From positions 27,597 to 91,596 of the forward strand of contig DCVK01000054.1 of assembly GCA_002335385.1 (NCBI GenBank): DNA of 64,000 bases. The letters are read 5' to 3'. Made by a program: the position numbers and the translations under genes. Of this stretch, positions 22,297 to 31,742 are shown piece after piece. Positions within the stretch are counted from its first letter, which is position 1. Each line of letters opens with the position of its first letter. The DNA is from Candidatus Aminicenantes bacterium UBA2190 (lineage in GTDB: Bacteria; Acidobacteriota; Aminicenantia; UBA2199). The notes under the pieces were generated by a model that was given only the letters and a program-made list of their open reading frames with translations, searched no databases and was not told where the DNA came from.

Positions 22297-23114
22297 AATG
22301 GTGGGGGCTGGCCCGCTTCCTGCTCCGCGCCCTGGCGGCGCTCGCCGTCCTGGCTGCCTTCGCCGTCCTGGACTGGCACCCGGTGATCAAGGACCTGGGT
22401 CTCCTGCGCCGTGAGAAAAATGATCTGGAGCGCAAGATCAGGATCTACGATGCCATGACCGCCGTGTTCCAGTTCCCCGACGCGAAGGAGAGATCCATCC
22501 TGGCCCAGAGCGAGTCCCTGCTGTTCCATTCCCTGCCTCAGGTAGCGAACGACGCTGCCTGGCTCGCCCTGGCCCGTTCCGACCTGCTGGGGCGGGAAAA
22601 GGGCCTGGCCGGCGCGATCACGCTCTTCAGCGACCGGGAGACGGCTGGCTGCAGCCGGCCGGGATCGGGCGACTGGCTGAAGCTCCAGGCGGCCAAGATC
22701 GGGGAATTCCTTGATCCGGCCGATCCCCGGCGGAATTATCCCTGGCGCGGCCTATTCCCGTCCATGCCTCCACTGGGCGGCCTGTTGGCCTGCCGGCCAC
22801 TGGCCATCGCTCTGGAGGCGCCCCAGCCGGAGCTGCTGCGCTTCATCCATCACGTTTCCTGGGGCGAGACACGGCTGGAGATCGTCCGGCTGCACCTGGA
22901 GCCCGGCCTTCCCCTTTCCCGTGCCTGGCTGGTCTGCCGCGGCAACTACCGGGTGAAGGAATCATCCGCCTGGCGGGTCAAGGCGGGGGAGGACGGGGAT
23001 CAGGAGGAGTTGCTCATCGACCCCGATTCGCCCCTGTTGTTGCAAAGGATCGGTCCGCTTCTCGCCCCGGGCATCAAGAAGAGAGAGCTGCCCCCCGTTG
23101 GCAGCCCCTGGTAA
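22293..23114 (+). CDS. Membrane-anchored hypothetical protein, PilO/GspM-like
   Basis: N-terminal TM, coiled coil, LAIALEAPQPELLRFIHHV...RLEIVRLHL resembles the PilO/GspM core. Confidence 0.5.
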   Translation: MKWWGLARFLLRALAALAVLAAFAVLDWHPVIKDLGLLRREKNDLERKIRIYDAMTAVFQFPDAKERSILAQSESLLFHSLPQVANDAAWLALARSDLLGREKGLAGAITLFSDRETAGCSRPGSGDWLKLQAAKIGEFLDPADPRRNYPWRGLFPSMPPLGGLLACRPLAIALEAPQPELLRFIHHVSWGETRLEIVRLHLEPGLPLSRAWLVCRGNYRVKESSAWRVKAGEDGDQEELLIDPDSPLLLQRIGPLLAPGIKKRELPPVGSPW

Positions 23115-23119
23115 TCACC

Positions 23120-23623
23120 ATGCGCATCGTGGCCCAGAGGGTCTCCCAGGCGGGAGTCGCGATCGACGGCAGGGAGATCGCCCGCATCGGCCGGGGACTG
23201 CTCCTGCTGGTGGGCATTGAAAAGGGCGACGGCGAGGGGGATATCGCCTGCATGGCCGACAAGGTCCTGCACCTGCGCGTCTTCGCCGACGAAGCGGGGA
23301 AGATGAACCTCGATGTCCGGCAGGTGCGGGGCGGCGTCCTCTCGGTTTCGCAGTTCACCCTGGCGGCGCGCAACAAGAAGGGGCGGCGCCCGGACTTCAC
23401 CCAGGCCGAGGAGCCCGGCCGGGCCCGGGAGCTCTATGAGCGCTTCAACTCGCTGCTGCGGGCCGTCGTCCCTCTCGCGGCAGGGGAATTCGGCGCCATG
23501 ATGGAAGTGCGCTCGGTCAATGACGGGCCGGTGACCATCATCCTGGAAAGGACAGGAGACGAGCCCGGCTGTTTGCGGTCAGCGGCAGCAAAGGGAGGAT
23601 CTATCGTGACGCGTAACGCGTGA
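23120..23623 (+). CDS. dtd: D-aminoacyl-tRNA deacylase (C-terminally extended)
   Basis: QRV, LRVF.D..GKMN, SQFTL, G.FGAMM.V...NDGPVT. Confidence 0.95.
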   Translation: MRIVAQRVSQAGVAIDGREIARIGRGLLLLVGIEKGDGEGDIACMADKVLHLRVFADEAGKMNLDVRQVRGGVLSVSQFTLAARNKKGRRPDFTQAEEPGRARELYERFNSLLRAVVPLAAGEFGAMMEVRSVNDGPVTIILERTGDEPGCLRSAAAKGGSIVTRNA

Positions 23624-23880
23624 CGCGTGACATGTGAAGAATTAAATTCCAAGCACCAAATTCCAAATCCCAAATAAACTCCAAATTCCAATGATCCAAT
23701 GACCAAAACGAAGAAAAAGCCATTCCAAGGGGCTTTCGTTTTGGAAATTGGAATTTGGAGCTTGGAATTTGTTTGGAATTTGGTGCTTGGGATTTGGAAT
23801 TTAAGTCTTCGTATTACCTTTTCTCTTTCCGTAAACCGTAAACCGTCTACCGTAAACCGATTCCATCTACTGGCAATGAC
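23605..23880. repeat. Composite heptamer-arm locus: CGTGACG x4, ~75-bp palindrome of AAATTCC arms, GTAAACC x4 (conserved chain on minus strand)
   Basis: cgtgacg cgtaacg cgtgacg cgtgaca (23605-23632); left arm 23636-23712 inverted at 23735-23810; gtaaacc gtaaacc gtctacc gtaaacc (23831-23858). Confidence 0.9.
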
Positions 23881-23920
23881 AAAAGGCGGGCCCCCCCCAT
23901 GTAGCGGGGGGGGTGTTTTG
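23881..23920. terminator. Probable bidirectional terminator between dtd and FmdB-family gene
   Basis: C8-loop-G8 hairpin with AAAA upstream and TTTT downstream, between convergent genes. Confidence 0.5.
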
Positions 23921-23965
23921 TTGGGTGGGAGATATGGTTATATTAAGGGGGGAGAGATGGAAAGG

Positions 23966-24211
23966 CTAACTGGCTTTGGCATTTTTATCGGCTTTTTCCA
24001 CGGGCTTGCCGGATGCGCCGCTCTTGGCGCCCGCCTTCTTGTAGTCGGTGATATACCAGCCCGAACCCTTGAACTGGAATGAGCTCTGGGAGATGATCCT
24101 TTCGGCCCGGCCACGGCAGTGGATGCACTTGCGGAGCGGCGCCGCCGCAACGGACTGCAAGCACTCGAAAGTCTTACCGCATTTCGAGCATTTGTATTCG
24201 TAGATCGGCAT
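23966..24211 (-). CDS. FmdB-family zinc-ribbon protein
   Basis: MPIYEYKCSKCG.FE, CIHC, FKGSGWYITDY; GGAGG RBS. Confidence 0.92.
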   Translation of the reverse strand: MPIYEYKCSKCGKTFECLQSVAAAPLRKCIHCRGRAERIISQSSFQFKGSGWYITDYKKAGAKSGASGKPVEKADKNAKAS

Positions 24212-24387
24212 GGCCAATTCCTCCACATAACGGGTATTTTTTTTATAACACAATCATGGCCGGCTGTCAATAAATAATCGCTGAAACCTTTCCCGGCTCC
24301 CGCGGCGTCTTATCCACGAAAAGGAATTGTAATTGATGGCGTTTTGTGCTATAAAATACCATTCAATTCGATTTTTGCGAGGTTTTT

Positions 24388-26703
24388 ATGCTGAAAAAAA
24401 TGCCGTGGCTGGTCCTGATGCTGCTCGGCGCCCAATGGTTGTGTGCCGACATCATCGAAAAGATCCAGGTCGAAGGCAATCGCAAGGTTTCGCGCGAGAC
24501 CATCCAGTTCTACATGAAATCACGCGAGGGCGGCGTCTATGACCCGCAGAAGCTGAAGGAGGACTTTCAGTCGCTTTGGGCCACCGGCTTCTTCGAGGAT
24601 ATCCGCATCGAGGAGGAGAACGGCGCCAGCGGCAAGATCGTGCGCCTGGCGCTGGTCGAGAACCCGCTGATCTCCTCGGTCACCTACAAGTTGAGCAAGA
24701 AGGTCAAGGAGAGCGACATCAACGAGAAGCTGCAGGGCAGCAATATCCTGCTGCAGCCCTTCTCCTACTACAGCCCGGCCAAGGTACGCAAGGTGAGGAA
24801 GCTCATCACCGACATGCTCCTGGAGAAGGGCTACAACCAGGCCGACGTGACCATCGACGAAAAGAAGGAGGAGAACGGGCAGATCGCCCTGACCGTGCGC
24901 GCCGACGCGGGCTACAAGACGCGCATCGCCAACGTGGTCTTCCCCGGCCTCACGCGCGGCTCGGTCTCGCCGGCGTTCCTGCGCCGCGGCCTGAAGAACA
25001 ACCAGGTGCACGCCATCCTCTCGGCCGTCGCCGGCAAGGACGTGTACAACCGCGAGAAGATCGAGGAAGACCTCGAGGAGATCCGCCTGCGCCTGCAGCA
25101 GAAGGGTTACCTGGAGGCCAAGGTCGGCACGCCGGAGTTCGCCACCTTGGAGAGGAAAACGATCGTCGGGCGCCGGCAGAATATGCTCCAGCTCAGCATT
25201 CCGGTGGAGCTCGGCCCGTGCTACCGCGTGGGCGAGATCGCCGTCGAGGGCAACAAGATCATCCGCACCGATTTCCTCAAGAGCCTGATCGGCTTCAAGA
25301 AGGGCCGGGTCTACAATATCAAGAAGCGCAACAAGTTCATCGAGAACATGCAGAAGTTCTACGGCGGCATCGGCTACTTCTACGCCCAGGTCGTGCCCAG
25401 CGAGAACCTGGACCCGGTCCGGCGCGTCGCCGACCTGACCATCCACATCCAGGAGAACGAGATCGTCTACCTGGGCAAGCTCGAGTTCACCGGCAACACC
25501 TTCACCAAGGACCACGTCATCCGCCGCGAGTGGTTCCTGCGCGAGGGCAAGCGCCTCAACATCAACGCCCTGGAAGACTCGATCAAGCGCATGAAGCAGC
25601 TGGGCCTGGTCACCGTGGAGAAGATGCCCGAGATCAAGGCCGATGCCCAGGACCCCCAGAAGATCAACGTCATCGCCGAGGTCAAGGAGATGAACCGGCA
25701 GATGATCAACTTCAACGTGGGCTACAGCGGCTACGAGGGCTGGTTCATCGCCGCCGGCTATTCCACCCAGAACTTCCTGGGCATGGGCGAGGCCTTCTCC
25801 CTCAATCTGCAGCAGGGCACGCGCGCCAAAAACTACCAGTTCGCCTTCACCGAGCCCTATCTGTTCAACCTGCCGGCCAACTTCGGCATCGATATCTTCA
25901 AGACCACCTATGAGTATCCCTACATGTACACGCGCAAGGGGCAGGGCTTCAACCTCTCCTCGTCGGCCCGCTTCTGGACCTACTGGGGCAGCCAGCTGGT
26001 GTACAGCATGGAGGACATCGAGATCAGCGACGTCAACGAGAGCTACCAGTACATCAGCTCCTATTACATGTATTACTACAGCGAGGGCAAGCGGCGCGTC
26101 TCGGCCCTTTCGCCCACCCTCTACTACTCCACCGTGGATTCGCCGATCTTTCCCTCCCAGGGCAGCAAGGTCCTGGCCACCTACCGCTATTCCGGCGGCT
26201 TCCTGGGCGGGGACATCTTCCTGCACAAATTGAAGCTGGAGTTCGTCCGTTTCCAGCCCCTGTGGAAGCGGCACGTGCTGGGCATGCACCTGGCCTACGA
26301 GGGGCTGTCGCCGTTCGCCAACCGCAGAGTCCCCTTTTACGAGAAGTACTTCCTGGGCGGTGAACGCTCGATCCGCGGCTTCGACATCTACACCATCGGG
26401 CCGCGCGACAGGAACGGCAGCGTCCTGGGCGGGACCAAGTCGTTCCTGCTCAACCTGGAGTACGCCATCCCCCTGACCCAGCAGTTCTCCTTCGTCTTCT
26501 TCTACGACATGGGCAACTCCTACGACGCCGGGACCCCGATCCGGCTGAAGGACGTTTACACGTCGACCGGCCTGGAGCTGAAGGTCTTCGTGCCCATGCT
26601 GAACGTCCCCTTCCGCCTGATTTTCGCCTACAACCCGCGCCTGCTGGATGTCGGCGATTCGCATTTCGTCTTCAAGTTCGCCGTCGGTCCGTCATTTTAC
26701 TAA
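24388..26703 (+). CDS. bamA: Outer membrane protein assembly factor BamA
   Basis: Five POTRA-like domains (I.VEGN, GNTFTKD.VIRRE), FTEPY, IRGF barrel motif. Confidence 0.95.
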   Translation: MLKKMPWLVLMLLGAQWLCADIIEKIQVEGNRKVSRETIQFYMKSREGGVYDPQKLKEDFQSLWATGFFEDIRIEEENGASGKIVRLALVENPLISSVTYKLSKKVKESDINEKLQGSNILLQPFSYYSPAKVRKVRKLITDMLLEKGYNQADVTIDEKKEENGQIALTVRADAGYKTRIANVVFPGLTRGSVSPAFLRRGLKNNQVHAILSAVAGKDVYNREKIEEDLEEIRLRLQQKGYLEAKVGTPEFATLERKTIVGRRQNMLQLSIPVELGPCYRVGEIAVEGNKIIRTDFLKSLIGFKKGRVYNIKKRNKFIENMQKFYGGIGYFYAQVVPSENLDPVRRVADLTIHIQENEIVYLGKLEFTGNTFTKDHVIRREWFLREGKRLNINALEDSIKRMKQLGLVTVEKMPEIKADAQDPQKINVIAEVKEMNRQMINFNVGYSGYEGWFIAAGYSTQNFLGMGEAFSLNLQQGTRAKNYQFAFTEPYLFNLPANFGIDIFKTTYEYPYMYTRKGQGFNLSSSARFWTYWGSQLVYSMEDIEISDVNESYQYISSYYMYYYSEGKRRVSALSPTLYYSTVDSPIFPSQGSKVLATYRYSGGFLGGDIFLHKLKLEFVRFQPLWKRHVLGMHLAYEGLSPFANRRVPFYEKYFLGGERSIRGFDIYTIGPRDRNGSVLGGTKSFLLNLEYAIPLTQQFSFVFFYDMGNSYDAGTPIRLKDVYTSTGLELKVFVPMLNVPFRLIFAYNPRLLDVGDSHFVFKFAVGPSFY

Positions 26704-26718
26704 GATTTCAATAAGGAG

Positions 26719-27243
26719 ATGAACATGAAAAAACACCTGTTGCTGATCGCGGCCCTGGTGGCCCTGAGCGCTTTCGCCTACGCCGAATTCAAGATCGGCA
26801 TCATCAATCCCCAGGCCGTCCTGCAGAACTCGGTCAAGGGCAAGGAAGCCATCGGCCGCCTGCAGGCACTGACGGTTTCCAAGCAGAAGAAGTACGAGTC
26901 GATGCAGAAGGAAATCGAGGCCCTGGAGAAGGAGGCCCTTTCTCCGGCGCTGAACGCCGAGGCCCGCGACCGCAAGACCCAGGATTTGGTCAACAAGCGC
27001 ACCGAGATCAAGCGCTTCGCCGAGGACGCCCAGAAGGAGAGCATGGCCCTGCAACAGAAGGAGTTCGAGAAGATCCAGGCCGACCTGATGCCGCTCATCG
27101 AAAAGATCGCCAAGGAGAACGGCTACTCCATGGTCCTTGACCTGAACACCTCCGGCGTCACCTTCTTCGAGCCCGCCATCGACATCACCGAGAAGGTGGT
27201 CAAGGCCTACGATGCCCAGTCCGCCGCTGCGGCCAAGAAATGA
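26719..27243 (+). CDS. skp: Periplasmic chaperone Skp/OmpH
   Basis: Signal peptide, KIGIIN, long coiled coil, GYSMVLD, DITEKV; position after bamA. Confidence 0.92.
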   Translation: MNMKKHLLLIAALVALSAFAYAEFKIGIINPQAVLQNSVKGKEAIGRLQALTVSKQKKYESMQKEIEALEKEALSPALNAEARDRKTQDLVNKRTEIKRFAEDAQKESMALQQKEFEKIQADLMPLIEKIAKENGYSMVLDLNTSGVTFFEPAIDITEKVVKAYDAQSAAAAKK

Positions 27244-27674
27244 ACCTGCCTTTGGACATCGAGGGCATCAAGAAGATCCTGCCCCACCGCTATCCCTTTC
27301 TGCTGGTCGACCGCGTGACCGCCTGCGACGGGACCAAGACCATCCGGGGCTACAAGAACGTCACCGGCAACGAGGATTTCTTCCAGGGGCATTTTCCGGG
27401 CAACCCGGTCATGCCGGGGGTGCTGATCATCGAGGCCATGGCCCAGCTGGGGGCGGTGCTGCTGATGCAGCGCTTCGTCGGCCAGAAGGTATATGCCTAT
27501 TTTGCCGGCATTGAGAAAGCCCGCTTCAAGAAGCCCGTGGTACCGGGAGACCGGCTGGATCTTGACGTGCTGGTGGTCCGCGACCGGGGCAAGTTCGCTG
27601 TCATCGAGGGCAAGGCCTCGGTGGACGGCCAGCTGGCGGTCGAAGCGGCCATGAGTTGCATGGTGATCCAGTGA
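27240..27674 (+). CDS. fabZ: 3-hydroxyacyl-ACP dehydratase
   Basis: [38 protein letters not shown]. Confidence 0.97.
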   Translation: MNLPLDIEGIKKILPHRYPFLLVDRVTACDGTKTIRGYKNVTGNEDFFQGHFPGNPVMPGVLIIEAMAQLGAVLLMQRFVGQKVYAYFAGIEKARFKKPVVPGDRLDLDVLVVRDRGKFAVIEGKASVDGQLAVEAAMSCMVIQ

Positions 27675-28477
27675 GGCAGCCGCTGATCCATCCCACCGCT
27701 GTCATCAGCCCCAAGGCCGAGCTCGGCAGGGAAGTTCAGGTCGATGCCTATTCGGTCATCGGCCCCGGCGTGCGCATCGGCGACAGCACGGTGGTCAAGC
27801 ACCACGCCACCATCGACCGCAACACCGACATCGGGCGCGATTGCCTTATTTTCCCCTTCTCCTCGCTGGGCACCGACCCCCAGGACATCACCTTCAAGGG
27901 CGAAGAGACCTTCGTGCACATCGGCGACCGCAACATCATCCGCGAATTCACCACCATCAACCGGGGCACGCCGAAGGGGGGCGGCCACACGCGCCTGGGC
28001 GACGACAACTACCTCATGGCCTACGCCCACGTCGCCCACGACTGCCAGCTCGGCAGCCACATCATCCTGAGCAACGGCGCCACCCTGGCCGGCCATGTCG
28101 AGATCGGCGACTACGTGGTGCTCAGCGCTTTCTGCGCCGTGCACCAGTTCGTGCGCATCGGCCGCAACGCCTACATCGGCGGCTACAGCATCGTCTGCCA
28201 GGATATCCTGCCGTTCGCCAAGGTGGCCCAGAGCCGCGAGTCGTTCAGCCTGTATGGGCCCAATGCCATCGGCATGATGCGCAACGGGCTCGGCCGCGAT
28301 TTCATCGAGAATGTCAAGGACATCTACCGCATCCTCTACCACTCCGACCTGAACACCACCCAGGCCGTCCACAAGATCGGCGAGCAGCACGCCGGCAGCG
28401 AGGAAGCCCGGGTGATCACCGACTTCATCAGCAAAACCAAGCGAGGCATCCTGAAGAATTTCCGTTCCGATGGCTGA
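27671..28477 (+). CDS. lpxA: UDP-N-acetylglucosamine acyltransferase
   Basis: IHPTAVI, hexapeptide repeats, PQD, IREF.TINRGT, AHVAHDC, VHQF; GTG start overlapping fabZ stop. Confidence 0.95.
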   Translation: MRQPLIHPTAVISPKAELGREVQVDAYSVIGPGVRIGDSTVVKHHATIDRNTDIGRDCLIFPFSSLGTDPQDITFKGEETFVHIGDRNIIREFTTINRGTPKGGGHTRLGDDNYLMAYAHVAHDCQLGSHIILSNGATLAGHVEIGDYVVLSAFCAVHQFVRIGRNAYIGGYSIVCQDILPFAKVAQSRESFSLYGPNAIGMMRNGLGRDFIENVKDIYRILYHSDLNTTQAVHKIGEQHAGSEEARVITDFISKTKRGILKNFRSDG

Positions 28478-29279
28478 GACGATCGGCATCATCGCCGGCG
28501 AGCCGCCCCTGCCGCTGCTGACCTGCCGCGCGGCGCGGCGCCAGGGCTGGCATACGGTGGTCGCCGCCGTCAAGGGCGCGTCCGCTCCCGACTTGGCCGC
28601 TGCAGCCGACGATTGGGCCGAGTTCCCGCTCGGCCGGCTGGGCGGCCTCATCCGATTTTTCAAGAGTCGCGGCGTGAAGCGGGCGCTGATGATCGGCCGC
28701 GTGCCGCACGCGTCGGTCTTCTCGGCCATGGCGGCCGACGCCAAGTTCGTTCGCTTTTTGGCCGGCGTCCGCGACCGTACCACCACCTCGCTGCTGGCCG
28801 CGCTGGCCGACTTCTTCGCCGGCGAGGGCATCGAGATCATCGATTCCTCGTTCTTTCTCAGGGAGCACCTGGTGGCGGCCAGGAGCTACACGCCGCGCCT
28901 GCGGCTGACCAGAGCCCTGCGGGAAGACATCGACTTCGCCTGGGAGAAGGCCTGGGGCGTCGCCAACCTGGACATCGGCCAGACGGTGTGCGTCAAGGGG
29001 CGGGCTGTCGTGGCTGTGGAGGGGATGGAGGGGACCGACCGCGCCATCGAGCGGGCCATGGCCATTGCCGGGCCGGGGCTGGTCGTGGCCAAGGTCAGCC
29101 GCCCGGGCCAGGACATGCGCTTTGACCTGCCGGTGGCGGGTCCGCGCACCCTGGAGGTGCTGGCGGCGGGCCGCGCAGCGGCGTTCGTGCTGGAAGCGGG
29201 CAAGACGCTGCTGCTCGATCCCGCGGCCATGGCCGAGCGGGCGGCGCGAAGCAAGATCATCTTAATGGGGAAAACATGA
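28470..29279 (+). CDS. lpxI: UDP-2,3-diacylglucosamine diphosphatase LpxI
   Basis: GIIAG, LDIGQTV, AVEGMEGTD, QDMRFDLP..G. Confidence 0.93.
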   Translation: MAETIGIIAGEPPLPLLTCRAARRQGWHTVVAAVKGASAPDLAAAADDWAEFPLGRLGGLIRFFKSRGVKRALMIGRVPHASVFSAMAADAKFVRFLAGVRDRTTTSLLAALADFFAGEGIEIIDSSFFLREHLVAARSYTPRLRLTRALREDIDFAWEKAWGVANLDIGQTVCVKGRAVVAVEGMEGTDRAIERAMAIAGPGLVVAKVSRPGQDMRFDLPVAGPRTLEVLAAGRAAAFVLEAGKTLLLDPAAMAERAARSKIILMGKT

Positions 29280-30193
29280 GGATCGGCGTGATCGGCACCG
29301 GCGTCATGGGCGCCAATCATTTGCGCGTACTGGCGAAATCTCCCGGGTTCCAGCTGACCTGTGCCGTCGACGTTAACGCGGCGAACCTGGAGAAGAATGC
29401 CGGGCCCTACGGCATCGCCATGCTGCAGGACCCCCGCCAGGCGCTGCCCCGCGTCGATGCCGTCATCGTGGCGGCGCCGACGCTGGAGCATTTCGCCCTC
29501 TGCCGTCTTTTTCTGGAGAACGGCAAGCACGTCATGGTCGAGAAGCCGATCAGCCGCACGCTGGCGGAAGCCGACGAGCTGATCGCCCTGGCCGCAGGGA
29601 ACCGCTGCGTGCTGGCCGTAGGCCACCTGGAACGCTTCAATCCGGCGGTGGAATACGCCGGGCGCCTGGTGGAGCGGCCGCTGTTCATCGAGGTGCAGCG
29701 CCTGGGGTCCTTCTCGCCGCGCTCGCTGGACATCGACGTCATCATGGACCTGATGATCCACGACCTGGACATCATCCTGCAGTGGGACCGCTCCGGAGTG
29801 CGCGAGATCCGCGCCAGCGGCGTGCCGATCGTCTCCAGCAAGATCGATATCGCCAACGTGCGCCTGGAGTTCCGTTCCGGCCTGGTGGCCAACGTGACCG
29901 CCAGCCGCGTCTCCCAGGAGAAGACGCGCAAGCTGCGCCTTTTCCAGAAGAGCCTTTACCTCTCCGTGGACTACAAGGAACGCAGCGTGAAGATGTTCCA
30001 GTTGCGCCAGGGCCGGATCGTCGAGGAGTACCCGCGCATCGAGGATGTCGAGCCGCTGGCCAGCCTGTGGCGCAATTTCCGGCGCACCGTCGAAGGCGAG
30101 GGCGATTTCGTCGTCAGCGGCCGCGACGGCCGGGCGGCACTCGAGCTGGCGCTGGCCATCTCCACCGCGCTGCAGGCCACCGCGGATGCTTGA
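29276..30193 (+). CDS. Gfo/Idh/MocA oxidoreductase, GnnA-like UDP-GlcNAc 3-dehydrogenase
   Basis: GTGVMG, EKP, VGHLERFNPA, DVIMDLMIHDLD, ASRVS; directly after lpxA-lpxI. Confidence 0.8.
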   Translation: MRIGVIGTGVMGANHLRVLAKSPGFQLTCAVDVNAANLEKNAGPYGIAMLQDPRQALPRVDAVIVAAPTLEHFALCRLFLENGKHVMVEKPISRTLAEADELIALAAGNRCVLAVGHLERFNPAVEYAGRLVERPLFIEVQRLGSFSPRSLDIDVIMDLMIHDLDIILQWDRSGVREIRASGVPIVSSKIDIANVRLEFRSGLVANVTASRVSQEKTRKLRLFQKSLYLSVDYKERSVKMFQLRQGRIVEEYPRIEDVEPLASLWRNFRRTVEGEGDFVVSGRDGRAALELALAISTALQATADA

Positions 30194-31268
30194 ACCCTTC
30201 ATCCGGCGCCAGATCGAAAGAAAGATCTTTCCGGGCGTGTCCATCCTGGCCGCCGCCGGCGAGCGCATCCTTTACGAGCGCTGCTTTGGCCGGCGCGCCT
30301 CCTGGCCCGACCCCGAGCCCCTCGGGCACGACACCCTCTTCGACCTGGCCTCGCTGACCAAGCCCCTGGTCACCGCCTTCCTGGCCGCCTATTTCCTGGA
30401 AAGGGGGCAGTGGCGGCTGGAAGACGATGCGCGCCGCTTCCTGCCGGAGCTGCGGCCGCTGCCGGTCACCCTGGGGCAGCTTCTGACCCACAGCGCCGGG
30501 CTGCGGCCCTGGCACCCGTTCTACCTCTACCGCCCCCAGGACGACCTGGACCAGGCGGCGTCCCTGTGCGACGCGGCCGCGCCGGGGGCGTGCGTGGTCT
30601 ATTCCGACGTCGGCTACATCCTGCTGAAGCACCTGCTGGAAAAGGTCTCCGGCGCCCGTTTCCAGGATCTGGCCGCGCAGGTGATCCTCGAGCCGCTGCG
30701 GCTGCGCGACGCCTTCCTGGGCGCGCCGCCAGGGCAGCAAGCTCGCTGCGCCCCCACCGAGGTCGGCAACCGCTACGAGAAGGGCCTATGCCGCGGCGAG
30801 CATGGCGCGGCCGCGGCCCGTTTCGCCTGGCGCTGCGGATTGATCCGCGGCGAGGTCCACGACGCCAATTCCTTCTACGCCGGCGGCAGCGCCGGCAACG
30901 CCGGCCTTTTCGCCAGCGCCCGCGACCTCTTCAGGCTGGGGAGGGAATTCTTCCCCGCCGCCGCCACCCTGCTCAAGGCGGAGACCGTCGCCCTCTTCTG
31001 GCACGACCTGACTCCCGGCCTGGGCGCCGGCCGCAGCCTGGGCTTCCAGCTGAACTCCACCCCGCGCACATCGGCGGGCCGGGCCCTGCCGCATGCGGCC
31101 GTCGGTCACAACGGCTTCACCGGCACTTCGCTGTGGCTGGAGGCGGCGGGAGAACGCCAGTGGATCCTCCTGAGCAACCGCGTCCACCCGCGGGTGAAAA
31201 AAGAGGATTTCAACGTCGTGCGCCGGCGCTTGCATATGCTGTTGCGGCAGGAATTGCAATTGCCTTAG
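30186..31268 (+). CDS. Serine hydrolase, beta-lactamase family (AmiE/YbbE-like)
   Basis: FDLASLTK (SxxK), LLTHSAG, YSD, GEVHDAN, GNAGLF, GHNGFTG, LSNRVHP. Confidence 0.88.
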   Translation: MLEPFIRRQIERKIFPGVSILAAAGERILYERCFGRRASWPDPEPLGHDTLFDLASLTKPLVTAFLAAYFLERGQWRLEDDARRFLPELRPLPVTLGQLLTHSAGLRPWHPFYLYRPQDDLDQAASLCDAAAPGACVVYSDVGYILLKHLLEKVSGARFQDLAAQVILEPLRLRDAFLGAPPGQQARCAPTEVGNRYEKGLCRGEHGAAAARFAWRCGLIRGEVHDANSFYAGGSAGNAGLFASARDLFRLGREFFPAAATLLKAETVALFWHDLTPGLGAGRSLGFQLNSTPRTSAGRALPHAAVGHNGFTGTSLWLEAAGERQWILLSNRVHPRVKKEDFNVVRRRLHMLLRQELQLP

Positions 31269-31298
31269 CGTGCAGTGAGTGCCAGTGACGGTATCAGC

Positions 31299-31709
31299 GT
31301 CATTGGCTGTACTAGAAATCGGTTGACGGTCGACGGTTTACGGTTGACGGGAAGAGAAGAGGCAATTGGAAGACTAAATTCCAAATCACAAATTCCAAAT
31401 CCCAAATAAATTCCAAACTCCAAATTCCAATTTCCAAAACGAAAGCCAAGGCAAGTGTCAGTGTCAGCAGGAGGCTCCAGAACTCAGGGGACAGAGGACA
31501 GAGGACAGAGAAGAACTATGAGCACTGGCAGGAATCCGGGAAGAGCTGCACCTCGTCACGCATCACAAGAACATGTTGATTGTCTTGCTAACGTCTAACG
31601 TCTGACGTCTATTGTCTCTAGACCGACGCATCTTTGTTTCGAACCACGAATCACGAATTACGAATCACGATAGATCGGTGTCTTTTGCAGCTTTTCGTCA
31701 CGCGTCACG
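31299..31709. repeat. Stack of short-period repeat arms including the conserved chain (31299-31474)
   Basis: GGTTGAC-type x4 (31321-31348), AAATTCC 4+4 (31376-31435), AGTGTC x2-AGCAGG, CAGAGGA-type x3-4 (31485-31513), CTAACGT x3 (31588-31608), CGAATCA x4 (31640-31667), CGTCACG x2 (31696-31709). Confidence 0.9.
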
Positions 31710-31742
31710 AACGCCATCCACCAAGAACCGGGCTCGCTGTCC

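Noticed and set aside
23434-24082. ORFs reading LEFG/GIWNL/VNRKPSTVNR (also 31612-32028, 41759-41941, 53233-53574 and N-extensions of 35156 and 52870)
   Set aside because: Translation artefacts of the heptamer/hexamer arms.
31299-31709. Repeat stacks as CRISPR arrays
   Set aside because: No identical 23-47 bp repeats with regular unique spacers, and no cas genes.
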